A stretch of DNA of 63,768 nt, counting the filler, from Choristocarpus tenellus KU-1152 (Eukaryota > Protista > Phaeophyceae): assembly GCA_964200185.2 (NCBI GenBank). It is 6 parts of 6 records of this genome, joined end to end, with 100 filler letters (N's around TTAATTAATTAA, not from the genome) between each part and the next. Parts side by side here need not be neighbours in the genome. Positions count along the whole stretch, not along the records: positions 50,402 to 53,863 come from CAXNAD020019869.1; positions 53,964 to 57,146 come from CAXNAD020021719.1; positions 57,247 to 60,845 come from CAXNAD020019031.1; positions 60,946 to 63,768 come from CAXNAD020024446.1; 2 more parts are not named here. One strand, 5' to 3'. Positions 51,456 through 61,138 of the stretch are shown here, one piece after another. The position numbers were made by a program, and so were the translations under genes. The notes below the pieces were generated by a model that saw nothing but the letters and a program-made list of their open reading frames with translations, had not been told where the DNA came from and ran no database searches. Numbering within the stretch: position 1 is the first letter of the stretch; every line of letters begins with the position of its first letter.

Positions 51456-52244
51456 ACACAGACCCACCCCAGTCCTTTCAAAATGAAAATATTTAAAAAA
51501 ACTTCCCCGCAACACAGTCCTCCCAATATTCCCACCACCCTGGCACAGCCCTCACAACAAACAAACAAGAAAGGTAGCAAGCATGCTCTCGCCCCGTTCC
51601 AGCCAAATTTCGTACAATCCTGGCTGGTCCAGTCGCTACAAAAAAAACAAACTTCTGAGACAGACAGATTGCCGCCCAGTCCTGTCACGACTACCTGGGC
51701 CAGTACTAAGCCCTGTAAAAAAAATTGGCATCACGTGAATACCACTGCACTGACCTGAAGCGCTCTAGAGGGTAGGGCCGTGCCCGTTCTGGATCGTAAA
51801 TCCAAAGCGACTCAAAGGGTTTAAGAGGGCAGGTAGGCGTCTTGCCCTTCTTGTCCGTTCATTCAGGGCTTTTTTGGCTTCCCGCGGGTTAGGGTTATGT
51901 CCTTTTTCTTTTCTTTTCTTTGCATGAACACAAATATTTTTTTTACCTAAAATGCATCGAATAAATAAATGCCTACTAGGGCTAGGGTTCAAAAAGGAGT
52001 ATCTCTACATGGCAAACACTAGAACAACTGATGTTCGTTTTTTTTTAATGTAAGTATACATAAAGCCGGTACTGTACTTGGCGATCACATGGTCTAAGGC
52101 GTCGTCAAAAGCGGAACCGTGGAATTGGAAGAACATTTTTTTTTACACTCTCTACAACATCATCTCTTCGTCTCTAAAAAACCTTTGACTTCCTCCCTCC
52201 CCCCCCAAAAAAAACAACAACAAAAAACCCCATAAAATACGCAG

Positions 52245-52559
52245 GAAATCCGAGTTATGGGCAACGAAGACCCAATCTGGTCCAAGTCAGGGAAGCTCTG
52301 GCCCAACTGGCTGAATGCATCGTGGCTGCGGAAGAAAAGCACTGAGTACTATCTTGAGGTGGGCAGAGGAACGGCCACTGTGAAAAATGGAGGTCGAGCT
52401 GTGTGGGAAGCTGCAGATGTCCGCGATCCCCCACCCAAGGTGAAGGAAGGGGCCAAGAAGCGCAAGGGAGGCTGGAGATTTTGGAGATCAAAAGGAGGGC
52501 ACAAGCGGAGGCGAACTGGGGGGAGACAGTGGAGGTTCTGGAGGAGAAACACAGGCTAA
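52245..52559 (+). CDS. Probable terminal exon of an unknown protein with a basic, Trp-rich tail
   Basis: Acceptor tacgcag| in frame with a 104-codon GC-rich ORF ending ...GGWRFWRSK...GGRQWRFWRRNTG*. Confidence 0.45.
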   Translation, partial: EIRVMGNEDPIWSKSGKLWPNWLNASWLRKKSTEYYLEVGRGTATVKNGGRAVWEAADVRDPPPKVKEGAKKRKGGWRFWRSKGGHKRRRTGGRQWRFWRRNTG

Positions 52560-53843
52560 CCATGAAGACAGTATCTTCAGGGTAGACTCTAGAGAGTGGA
52601 CCACAGAAACGTTGAAATAGTGTGTGGTAGAGTGTTGCTTTGTGCCAGAAGGCGAGTGGCCCTGTGGCAGCACGGGGCATTTCCCCCCCCCCAAAAAAAA
52701 AAACGCGGCGTGCTCTTCTGATCATGATGTATTGTGTGTAGCAAACCGTGTGGAAGATGGGTTCATACCTCCTTCCAGGGGTTGTTTGCTCTGAAATGAT
52801 GAATGAAGGGGTTGCTAGGTTATTCTTCGGGTAGGTGAGCCAACAAGCACGGTAGAAGTGTCTGAAGTGCTCACCCATCCTTGATCTGGCGTTTTTGCAG
52901 TTGTTGTTCATGCGTTAATCGAGTGACTCCCCTGAATGTTCTTGTACACGCATGTATAGATTGTGAACGTTAGCCGGTTGAAAGGCTCATTCAGGAAGTA
53001 GTTGTGAGATTCCCAGCGCCCAAGCACACGATCACAAGGGAGAGGCTCTTTCGGCAAGCTTTAATTTGTCTGGTTAGGGTTAGGGCGGAGAAGCTTTCAA
53101 TGCTTTGAAGTCACACATAGACTACGGGAGCGTCCTCTGACTTGATACTTGAGATAATGAGACAGAGGTAGAATATGAATACATGTATGGATAAGTTGGT
53201 CCCAATTGAATATGCAGATTCAGTTTGTGTGCCATTGGAAGTACTTTGAACTTGAGCAAGAGTGATGTAGTTTTGTGTATCTTGGAACATCTGCTCTTGC
53301 ACAAAAAATATAATTTTGAGGGAATGGGTAGTCAATGCTTTTTGGCAGCAATTTGGAAATAGGATGGTTGTGTTTAGCATTTCAGAAGCAGCTAGGGACT
53401 ATGTTGTAACACTTACTAGGTAAAGGTAATGAAAAGACTGGGCTATCTTATCGCACGAACCCTCAGGACTCCCCAGCACAATCATCCAATGGTGCGATTC
53501 TTGCTCTCTTGATATTAAAGACAAATGGTGGCGACAATAATAGCACTTACTCTTAATTCGAGGTCAGGTGGGATTCCAATGAAACTTTATTGAGAAACAG
53601 TGATAGTGAGCTGTGCTACTTGCTTTCCTCTCTTGCAATCCCTGCATGCACTTTACTGGCTACTGGTGTGCATCATTTCTTAAACCAGTCAAATGTAGTG
53701 ATAACTATAAAATTGTTGGTTGGTAGCAGCAAATCACACTCCAACCCTTGGCGAGCAGATACACATACATGATGTAGTCTAGACTATGGCAGCCACAAAT
53801 AAATCTTTCAACCATTCATTGATCATGACCAACATTGCCAACT

Positions 53844-53863
53844 GGGTCAAAGTATCTGGGGGG
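53844..53863 (+). mobile_element. MITE family B left TIR at contig end
   Basis: GGGTCAAAGTATCTGGGGGG then gap. Confidence 0.7.
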
Positions 53864-53963
53864 NNNNNNNNNNNNNNNNNNNNNNNNNNNNNNNNNNNNN
53901 NNNNNNNTTAATTAATTAANNNNNNNNNNNNNNNNNNNNNNNNNNNNNNNNNNNNNNNNNNNN
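53864..53963. other. Artificial contig spacer
   Basis: N44-TTAATTAATTAA-N44. Confidence 0.99.
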
Positions 53964-54180
53964 CGTCTTGCCCGGTGATTCTCTTCACCACCCTTGCCTG
54001 AGTGAACCACGCCGCCACAGAATCACACGATTCACATATGTTTAAATTGATTTTGGCGCTTGTAATGTTTTGTAGCGTCCATACTACATAAATGTTACAT
54101 CCATGTTTTTCCCAGGATCGGCGAATGTGTGTTGTTTCAAATCCAATTCGAGGACAGTGATAACGTTTTTGTTGTAGTCA

Positions 54181-54697
54181 ATTCGCGATGGAAACTACCG
54201 CAGGTCATTCGGGCGTGATGGCAAAAAGTTTAGGGGTGATGTTTTACTCCAAACATTGCGCATCTGTTTTTTTCGTCGATTGCCTCCAGTCCGTTCAATC
54301 AAAACGACAAAGATTTAGTGCGTTGAAAAAAAATGTAGTTTGGAACACTAAGGAGTACACCGTCCAATCTTCTCTCGTTGAATTTTCTTTCTGTGTCCAT
54401 TCCACAACTTTTTCGGATCTCGTATTAATACGAGTTCTTGGACAATGTCTTATTGGGGGAAAAGAAGACACCATCCAACCTTCTCGCATTGATTTTCTTT
54501 AGCCGTGGATTCCACAAATATTTCATAATTCTTATCTCCATATCCAACCCTGGGCCCTTGACAAAATTTCTGTACTCGATCGCGAAGGAAACTGACACGC
54601 AGGTCATTCAACCGTGGCAAAAATATTCGGTGGTGATTTTTTTCTCCAAACATTACGCAACTGATATGTTTTCCATTGGCTCCAGTCCGTTTGATCT
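54181..54697. repeat. Diverged direct repeat, ~120-bp core ~397 bp apart
   Basis: tcgcga.ggaaact..cgcaggtcattc..tggcaaaaa..ggtgat..ctccaaacatt.cgca..ctccagtccgtt at 54181-54300 and 54578-54697. Confidence 0.7.
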
Positions 54698-55411
54698 TAT
54701 GTGCAAAATGTCTATGGCTAGAAATATTTGTGGTTTTGAACCCGCTATATGAAATACACCATCCATCTCCAGGCGCTGAAACAAACTGAAGTCCATCGCG
54801 AACAAAACAAACGCAGAATATTCGGACGTGGAATATAGTGTGGGGGCTGATGTTCTCCCAAAATAGGATCTCATAGTGTTTTTGCATTGGCTTTAGTTTC
54901 TTCGATGTTACGCTGAAGATTTATAGCGATTTTATATGATTTTTATTAAGTTTCCCTTAAGCTCACAGAATCAGAAAATTAACCGGAGATCGGGTCGCGC
55001 ATGTAGGGGATGCAACATTCAAGGTTGAGACTTGTCTGTAATGATTTTCAATTCCTTATCTCTTAGGAGGTGTGAACATCGCTCTTCGACGTAGTCATTC
55101 CATAGTGCTACACAATTTACCTGCTCGCAATACTTCGCAGTGGTTCGACCATCAAAGACTAAATCAGTTGGGGCCATGCCTTGAACCAGAAGAAGAAAAG
55201 GGGCGAAATTCCACCCTCTTCAACCACAACACTTGTCTCACTCGATCCGAGATTTCACCTTATTCACACTAAAGTTTCTCTGACAACCACATCCCCATTC
55301 TCCCCTTCCCCCCAGTTTTCCAAAACTCTTAGGGGTATCGGGAACCAGGCCACAAAGAAGCCACCAACCGCCAACGATGATATCAAATTGAAAAGTGCGT
55401 ATCTTTGAAGG

Positions 55412-55657
55412 ATGCATGTGAAGGAGATGTTCATTGAAGGCGCAGTGAAAGAGGTTGCAGATCAGATCGTGAAAGGATTGAAAACTAAGGAGCCAGAGGG
55501 ATGTTTGGAGGAGGAGGGGGAGAAGGGAGGCGAGGACATGGATGGTTCAAAGTCAAAGTCAAGGAAGAAGCGGGACAAGGCTCCCACAGCGTTCTATCTG
55601 GAAAGGTACGACTCTGTATATCAGGGGTGGGATGTTAGTCCATTTGTCAAATCCTAA
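55412..55657 (+). CDS. Possible isolated exon of unknown protein
   Basis: Purine/GC-rich charged ORF (EGAVKEVADQIVKGLK..KSRKKRDK) after tttgaag|; no family recognised. Confidence 0.3.
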   Translation: MHVKEMFIEGAVKEVADQIVKGLKTKEPEGCLEEEGEKGGEDMDGSKSKSRKKRDKAPTAFYLERYDSVYQGWDVSPFVKS

Positions 55658-56059
55658 AGTTACCTGAGGTCGAGCTGTTCATTCGTTCACCACCATCCAC
55701 TCGTACACATTAGGTGACGTGCCTTTCCTTCTGTCCCCCTAAAATTTCGGGCTCGAATGTTAAAACGAAACAGTTAAAAAAAATGCTCCTGTTTGGAGAG
55801 GTGGACGATGGCGATGTCTTCCGGAGTTTAATCGAGGGAATGATTTTTGCTTGACTCATCTGTTTCAGGCTTGATTGCCCCCCTTTTTGGTTTAGACATT
55901 TGGCGGAATTAGGACAATTTTGTATGTTTTTGAGTAGGTCTCGTGTAACAAACTACAAAAAGGTGCATCAGGCTTAGTGGTGTTGTCATCTTAATCCTTG
56001 CAAAATTCCATCAGCAAGCGCTAGAGGAATTTGTCGCACACGTATCCACTCTGTCTCGT

Positions 56060-56765
56060 CTCCTTTTACTCTGGGGTTGTGTTTTTGTCTCGGACTGTCT
56101 GGAGTGGTTTTTATCCTTACAATATTTCGTATTGACACACTCTGGTTAAATTGATGTCTAATGCATTACACATTTTAAGCAATAATAACAAATACCTCCA
56201 CATGAAAAATCCATACCCGCCATGTTTTCCTTGTCGCGTTTGTGGCAATTCTTTTTTAATATCACAATTGTCCTGACCAAATAGGTTGATGTTATTTCAC
56301 TTTGTGGTTGTGTTTTTGTTTTGAACTGTGCGGAGAGGCTTTTACTCTCAAATTCATTTGTATTGACACACATTGGTCAAATTGTTAGGGACCGACATTA
56401 AACCTTCCTAGCAATGATAGCATATGTAACCTACACGTCAACACTGTACACTCTCCCCCGATGTCTTCTTTGCCGCAATTGCGACAATTCTCTTTTGTAT
56501 ATCCCTATTGTCCTGTACCAAATTGTTTGACTTCCTTTTAGTTTTTGAGGTAATTGTTACTGTTTCAGTCTATTTGTGGTGACTTTTATTGTCGTCGACA
56601 TTTGTATCGACATAGATTGGTCGAATTGGAAGCTATTAACATGAAACGTTCTAAGAAATAACAACCCTTGCTTACCCTCCATATGTTGACGCCTAACCTT
56701 TTCCCAATGTCCTCATTGCCGAATTGGTAACAATTATTTTGCATATATTCATATGTCCTGGATCT
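56060..56765. repeat. Three diverged tandem units of ~235 bp
   Basis: Recurring gtattgacaca..tggt.aaattg (56129, ~56360, ~56604) and atgt....ttg.cg....caatt...atat....tgtcctg blocks. Confidence 0.7.
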
Positions 56766-57123
56766 ACAAGTTGATGGCGAGGTGATGCTCCTCATGACAG
56801 GAACAGGAGGAATTCACAAGGTGGATTTTGTGACCATGGATTTGTGGCGGTGAGGACAGGGATGAAGGCCAAATCCATTGTTGTGGGCGATTATTGCTAT
56901 GTCCACGGAACCATCCTGAAGGGGTGCCATGATCGGGGCGAGATAACAAGGCAAACATTGCAGATGGAGGATATTAAGATTCTCGTTTAGAGGAAGGCAG
57001 TGTGGATGCGGAAGAGTGCAGTGACCAATATTCGTCGCCTCATAACCTGTGGCACATGCTCACAGCTCTTGGCTTGGTGGAAGAGGGAAGACGGACACTG
57101 CTTCGAAATTTTCGAGGAGATGA

Positions 57124-57146
57124 GACCCAAAGTATCTGGGAGGGGG
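57124..57146 (+). mobile_element. MITE family B left TIR at contig end
   Basis: GACCCAAAGTATCTGGGAGGGGG then gap; near-exact reverse complement of the right TIR at 21622-21645. Confidence 0.7.
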
Positions 57147-57246
57147 NNNNNNNNNNNNNNNNNNNNNNNNNNNNNNNNNNNNNNNNNNNNTTAATTAATT
57201 AANNNNNNNNNNNNNNNNNNNNNNNNNNNNNNNNNNNNNNNNNNNN
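57147..57246. other. Artificial contig spacer
   Basis: N44-TTAATTAATTAA-N44. Confidence 0.99.
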
Positions 57247-57561
57247 AGTACCCTAACATATAAAAAGATCAACCGAAGCGATGCTTTTGATACTTTTCAA
57301 TTGATAAGACAACAGCACCACCTTCACCAGAAGAAAAAATAAATCCTCCTACAAGGCTCTTCAACTGAGAGTTAAAAAAATCATGAAAAAAAAACAGCAT
57401 AGCTTAGCTTACGGACACCATAGTACAATGAACGAATGGGCTGGGGGAAGGGGGATGCCTACAGCAAGTTTAAAAAAAAAGGAATCCAACAAAAGGGTTA
57501 GGGTTAGGGATTGCGAAATGGGGGCGTCTATTGTGTCAAGATTCTGTTTCAGAAACCTCAC

Positions 57562-59688
57562 CTCAAGGACACGGACATTCCAGTTGGCAACTTTCTCATC
57601 AACCTTGACATCATCAAATTTCATGTGCACCCCTAGCACTGTGAGCAAAGTAAACAGGCAGAGACGCAATGCTTGGAGGTGAAAACCAAACCCAACATAG
57701 AATGCCCCAAAAAGGAATGCCACAGGAAAAAAAAACCTTGCCTTCAACAGTAGAGCCCCCAATGATATACCCCAATGATATACCACATGTCTTTGCTGCA
57801 GCACAAGGAAAGGAAAAGGGTAGCATCAACACCTAGTCTACTCCACATGGACGTACGTTGCTACTTAAAGAGATAAAAATAAAGATACAGCAGGCACCCT
57901 CTCCCTCCCCTCTTCCCTCCCTCCTCTAGGAAGATTGATCTTGTCATATCATATCAACTTAGGGTTAGGGTTAGGGTTAACCCAATCCTACCTTCACCGC
58001 TGTGATTACTGAAAAACTGACAAAAACTGACAACCACTGACAAAAATGAGTCAATTTCAAACTAGCAGCCTACAGGACAAAGGGAAGATCTAGGGTCCAA
58101 TATTTTGACAGGCAATCAACTAACCCAAAAATTACCGATTTCTATCAAACAATAGATCAGCCTTCAGCGAATGGAATAAGGTGCACCTCAATAAGGTATA
58201 CCCCAATAGCAATACCGTCAATGGTTTCTTCCGTACAGGCATACATCACAGCACCACTGGATAACCAGAGCCATATTTTTTTCTTGAGTCACAGTATGAC
58301 TGAAAATGGTATAAAAACACATGGAAACAGATGTAGTTCAACACGTAGTTCAACAGCTCTTCAACGGTCATATTGTCAAAACAAAAATCCTAACCCTGTA
58401 TCTGTCATCTCCAACACCAACCTCAAACATAATATGTAACACACGCACACCATTTAATGCACATAACATATTATTAAAATACACACAAATATATTATTTT
58501 TATTACTACGACAATACTCCAGTTCAAAATACACAGAGCAAGTCGTACATTTCATGACATTCAAACCCAAAATATACACACACAGCATTGCAGTGCTTCT
58601 CAAGGCGTGCAAAATTTCAATACCCTTTGTGTTCCCAACAGCAACCACCTACATTTCACCACTACACCAGGGACTTTCTTACACCATGCCTCACACCAGC
58701 AACCACTGAAGCAGAGCAAACATGTATATATATATATATAAATATATATAATGATAACTAGCACTTCTAGGAGAAGTAACAAAAATAACAAGCAGAGGTA
58801 TCTAAAAGAACAGCAAACAACAGAACACAAAATCCACTATCTTGATAGTAATTTTTTCTACAGTACGGAATAAGTATTCTTTCTGTGTTGTGTTATTTGT
58901 GTTGTGTTGTTCATGTGTCACAAGGTTGAGCGAGCCAGAGGGGCACAAGACCAAATAGGGTACAATACCCCGTTGCAGACAAGTAGATGCATACCATGCT
59001 GGAAGAGGGTCACAGGCACCGCCCATTGCCATCCCTTGAACTGCCAAGCCTGGCCCTGGACCAGAACACATACACAAGCTGCCCAATCCTAGCATATTTG
59101 TTAGAACACACACCAACATTCCATTGGGTGTACAAGCACACAGAGGTGTGGGAGTTGGAACAGACAGAGATGGAAAAGAAAGAAAATATATATTATCATT
59201 ATTATTATTATTACAGGAGGGCAAGCTGGAGTGCAGGGTTCCTGAACTAACTACACAAGAGTTACATATACACACCTATTATCATGTATATTTCTATAGG
59301 AGTGCAATAAATCAATACAAGTATTATCATGTATATACATACGTAAATCAATACAACTATTATCATGTATATACATACATTGTAAATCAATACAACTATT
59401 ATCGTATATGCATACATTGTAAATCAATACAACTGAACACAAAAAATAACAACACAGAAGTCTTTCCTGTGACACAAATAGGTACATACATAAACATAAA
59501 TACACGCAAGTATGAAGTATGAAGTATGTAACACAAAACATGCACCATTCACCTTTGATCGCATGCGTGAGGTACTGTCAATGACCCTGTAGGTCATCTT
59601 ACGACCAGAAGGCAATGTGCGCTGTATGACCATCTCCGTAGGCCTCTTACCTCCTATCGCTGCTTTTTTCTCAGCGGGAGGTACATAC
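57562..59688 (-). CDS. CDC73: Parafibromin/Cdc73 (PAF1 complex) C-terminal domain, three internal exons (59688-59553, 59088-58995, 57638-57562); gene split by contig ends
   Basis: Spliced YVPPAEKKAAIGGKRPTEMVIQR..YRVIDS|DWAACVCVLVQGQAWQFKGWQWAVPVTLFQH|VLGVHMKFDDVKVDEKVANWNVRVLE matches the Cdc73 FVP..EKK / DW..VVAVFVQG.AWQFKGW / HLKYD..V.KW.V pattern; splice phases are consistent. Confidence 0.92.
57959..57979 (+). repeat. Interstitial telomere-like (TTAGGG)3.5 in a CDC73 intron
   Basis: ttagggttagggttagggtta. Confidence 0.7.
59277..59433. repeat. AT-rich ~36-39-bp tandem repeat, ~4 copies (CDC73 intron)
   Basis: aaatcaatacaactattatcatgtatatacatac(att)gt recurring. Confidence 0.8.
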
Positions 59689-60417
59689 CTGGACTCAACA
59701 ACAACAACAACAACAAAAAGAAATAAGATATAATAATCAAAATAATAGTCGCAGGACTAATGCAGGGTGTGGATAACGATAACAATATAAATAACAATAA
59801 CAATAACAATGAGGATGACAGCATCAAGACATGTAGATACTATCACGGACACCAGTGAACCACCCTAGTACCTTGGTGGTACAGTATTGCACAGCATTAT
59901 TTGCATATCTCGACACAGGGATGTAAGTCATTCCGAGTGGAGAGCAATAGTTGTCCTTCCAACGAAGAGGAAGCAAGGTGCTCTACAGTCATTAAGCTCA
60001 CAGAAGTGGAATATGGGGGGAGGGGGGGGATGCTTCTGCATGACAATAATAGGTACAAAGTGTACCTCACAATTGGGTTGACAGGCTCAAGGCAGCAGGT
60101 GAATGTTCACGGGTGAACTCTCACTTTAGAGTCTTACATCAATTGCTACGGAGCGCTACGGAGTGTCCCATTTGGACAAACAACACATCATGCAAATCAA
60201 CTGCATCCTGTAACCCTCACCCAAAGAGTAAGCAGAGCAATCAAATCAGCACCAACCCTAATCCATTGCGATCTGATTAATTATATATTTAATTATAATC
60301 AAAATCGGAGCAACCAATAATCAGAGCAAAATATCATACCCCTTTTACAGCACGCAGTGTTGTAAAAAAAACAAACATGCAGACCCTCTTTGTAACTGAG
60401 AAAAAAACACTATCATT

Positions 60418-60845
60418 AACATTAATATTAACATAGTGTTAATAAAGATGACGTGGTGTGACATTAACATTAACATAGTGTTAATAAAGATGAAATGGTG
60501 TGGCATTAACATTAACATAGTGTTAATAAAGATGAAATGGTGTGACATTAACATTAACATAGTGTTAATAACGATGAAATGGTGTGACATTAACATTAAC
60601 ATAGTGTTAATAAAGATGAAATGGTGTGACATTAACATTAACATAGTGTTAATAAAGATGAAATGGTGTGACATTAACATTAACATAGTGTTAATAAAGA
60701 TGAAATGGTGTGACATTAACATTAACATTAACATAGTGTTAATAAAGATGAAATGGTGTGACATTAACATTAACATAGTGTTAATAAAGATGAAATGGTG
60801 TGACATTAACATTAACATAGTGTTAATAAAGATGAAATGGTGTGA
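60418..60845. repeat. 42-bp minisatellite, 10 copies visible, running into the gap
   Basis: Unit acattaacattaacatagtgttaataaagatgaaatggtgtg; one 48-bp variant; near-identical copies. Confidence 0.95.
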
Positions 60846-60945
60846 NNNNNNNNNNNNNNNNNNNNNNNNNNNNNNNNNNNNNNNNNNNNTTAATTAATTA
60901 ANNNNNNNNNNNNNNNNNNNNNNNNNNNNNNNNNNNNNNNNNNNN
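60846..60945. other. Artificial contig spacer
   Basis: N44-TTAATTAATTAA-N44. Confidence 0.99.
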
Positions 60946-61138
60946 TCCCACAGGTGTTTTATGACATTTTTCTACTCCGATATGTTTCGGAGTAGGTAAA
61001 ATGTATACGTTATGAAAGGGTGTGTCCAGAACAAGGATATTGACACTTCCTAACAAATAGCCAAAACTACATCAATATCGCAACATTGGACTTTGGCCCC
61101 AAATGGACGAGGCTCTACCCTCTAAGTTACTTTGGCTC
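60946..61138 (+). mobile_element. MITE family A copy 5 (left part lost at contig start)
   Basis: Internal sequence and right TIR TACCCTCTAAGTTACTTTGGCTC match family A. Confidence 0.88.

Noticed and set aside
51668-51832. TAA/TAG reassignment (alternative genetic code) to explain in-frame stops
   Set aside because: Conserved genes here end in TAA or TAG (ADF, phosphoesterase, MAM33, NF-YC, CCDC40) and have no internal stops
52255-52911. 218-aa minus-strand ORF
   Set aside because: Crosses homopolymer runs, has no domain-like composition and overlaps the more plausible plus-strand exon
60418-60845. CRISPR-like array (palindromic repeat)
   Set aside because: Units are contiguous and near-identical with no unique spacers; eukaryotic context; no cas genes
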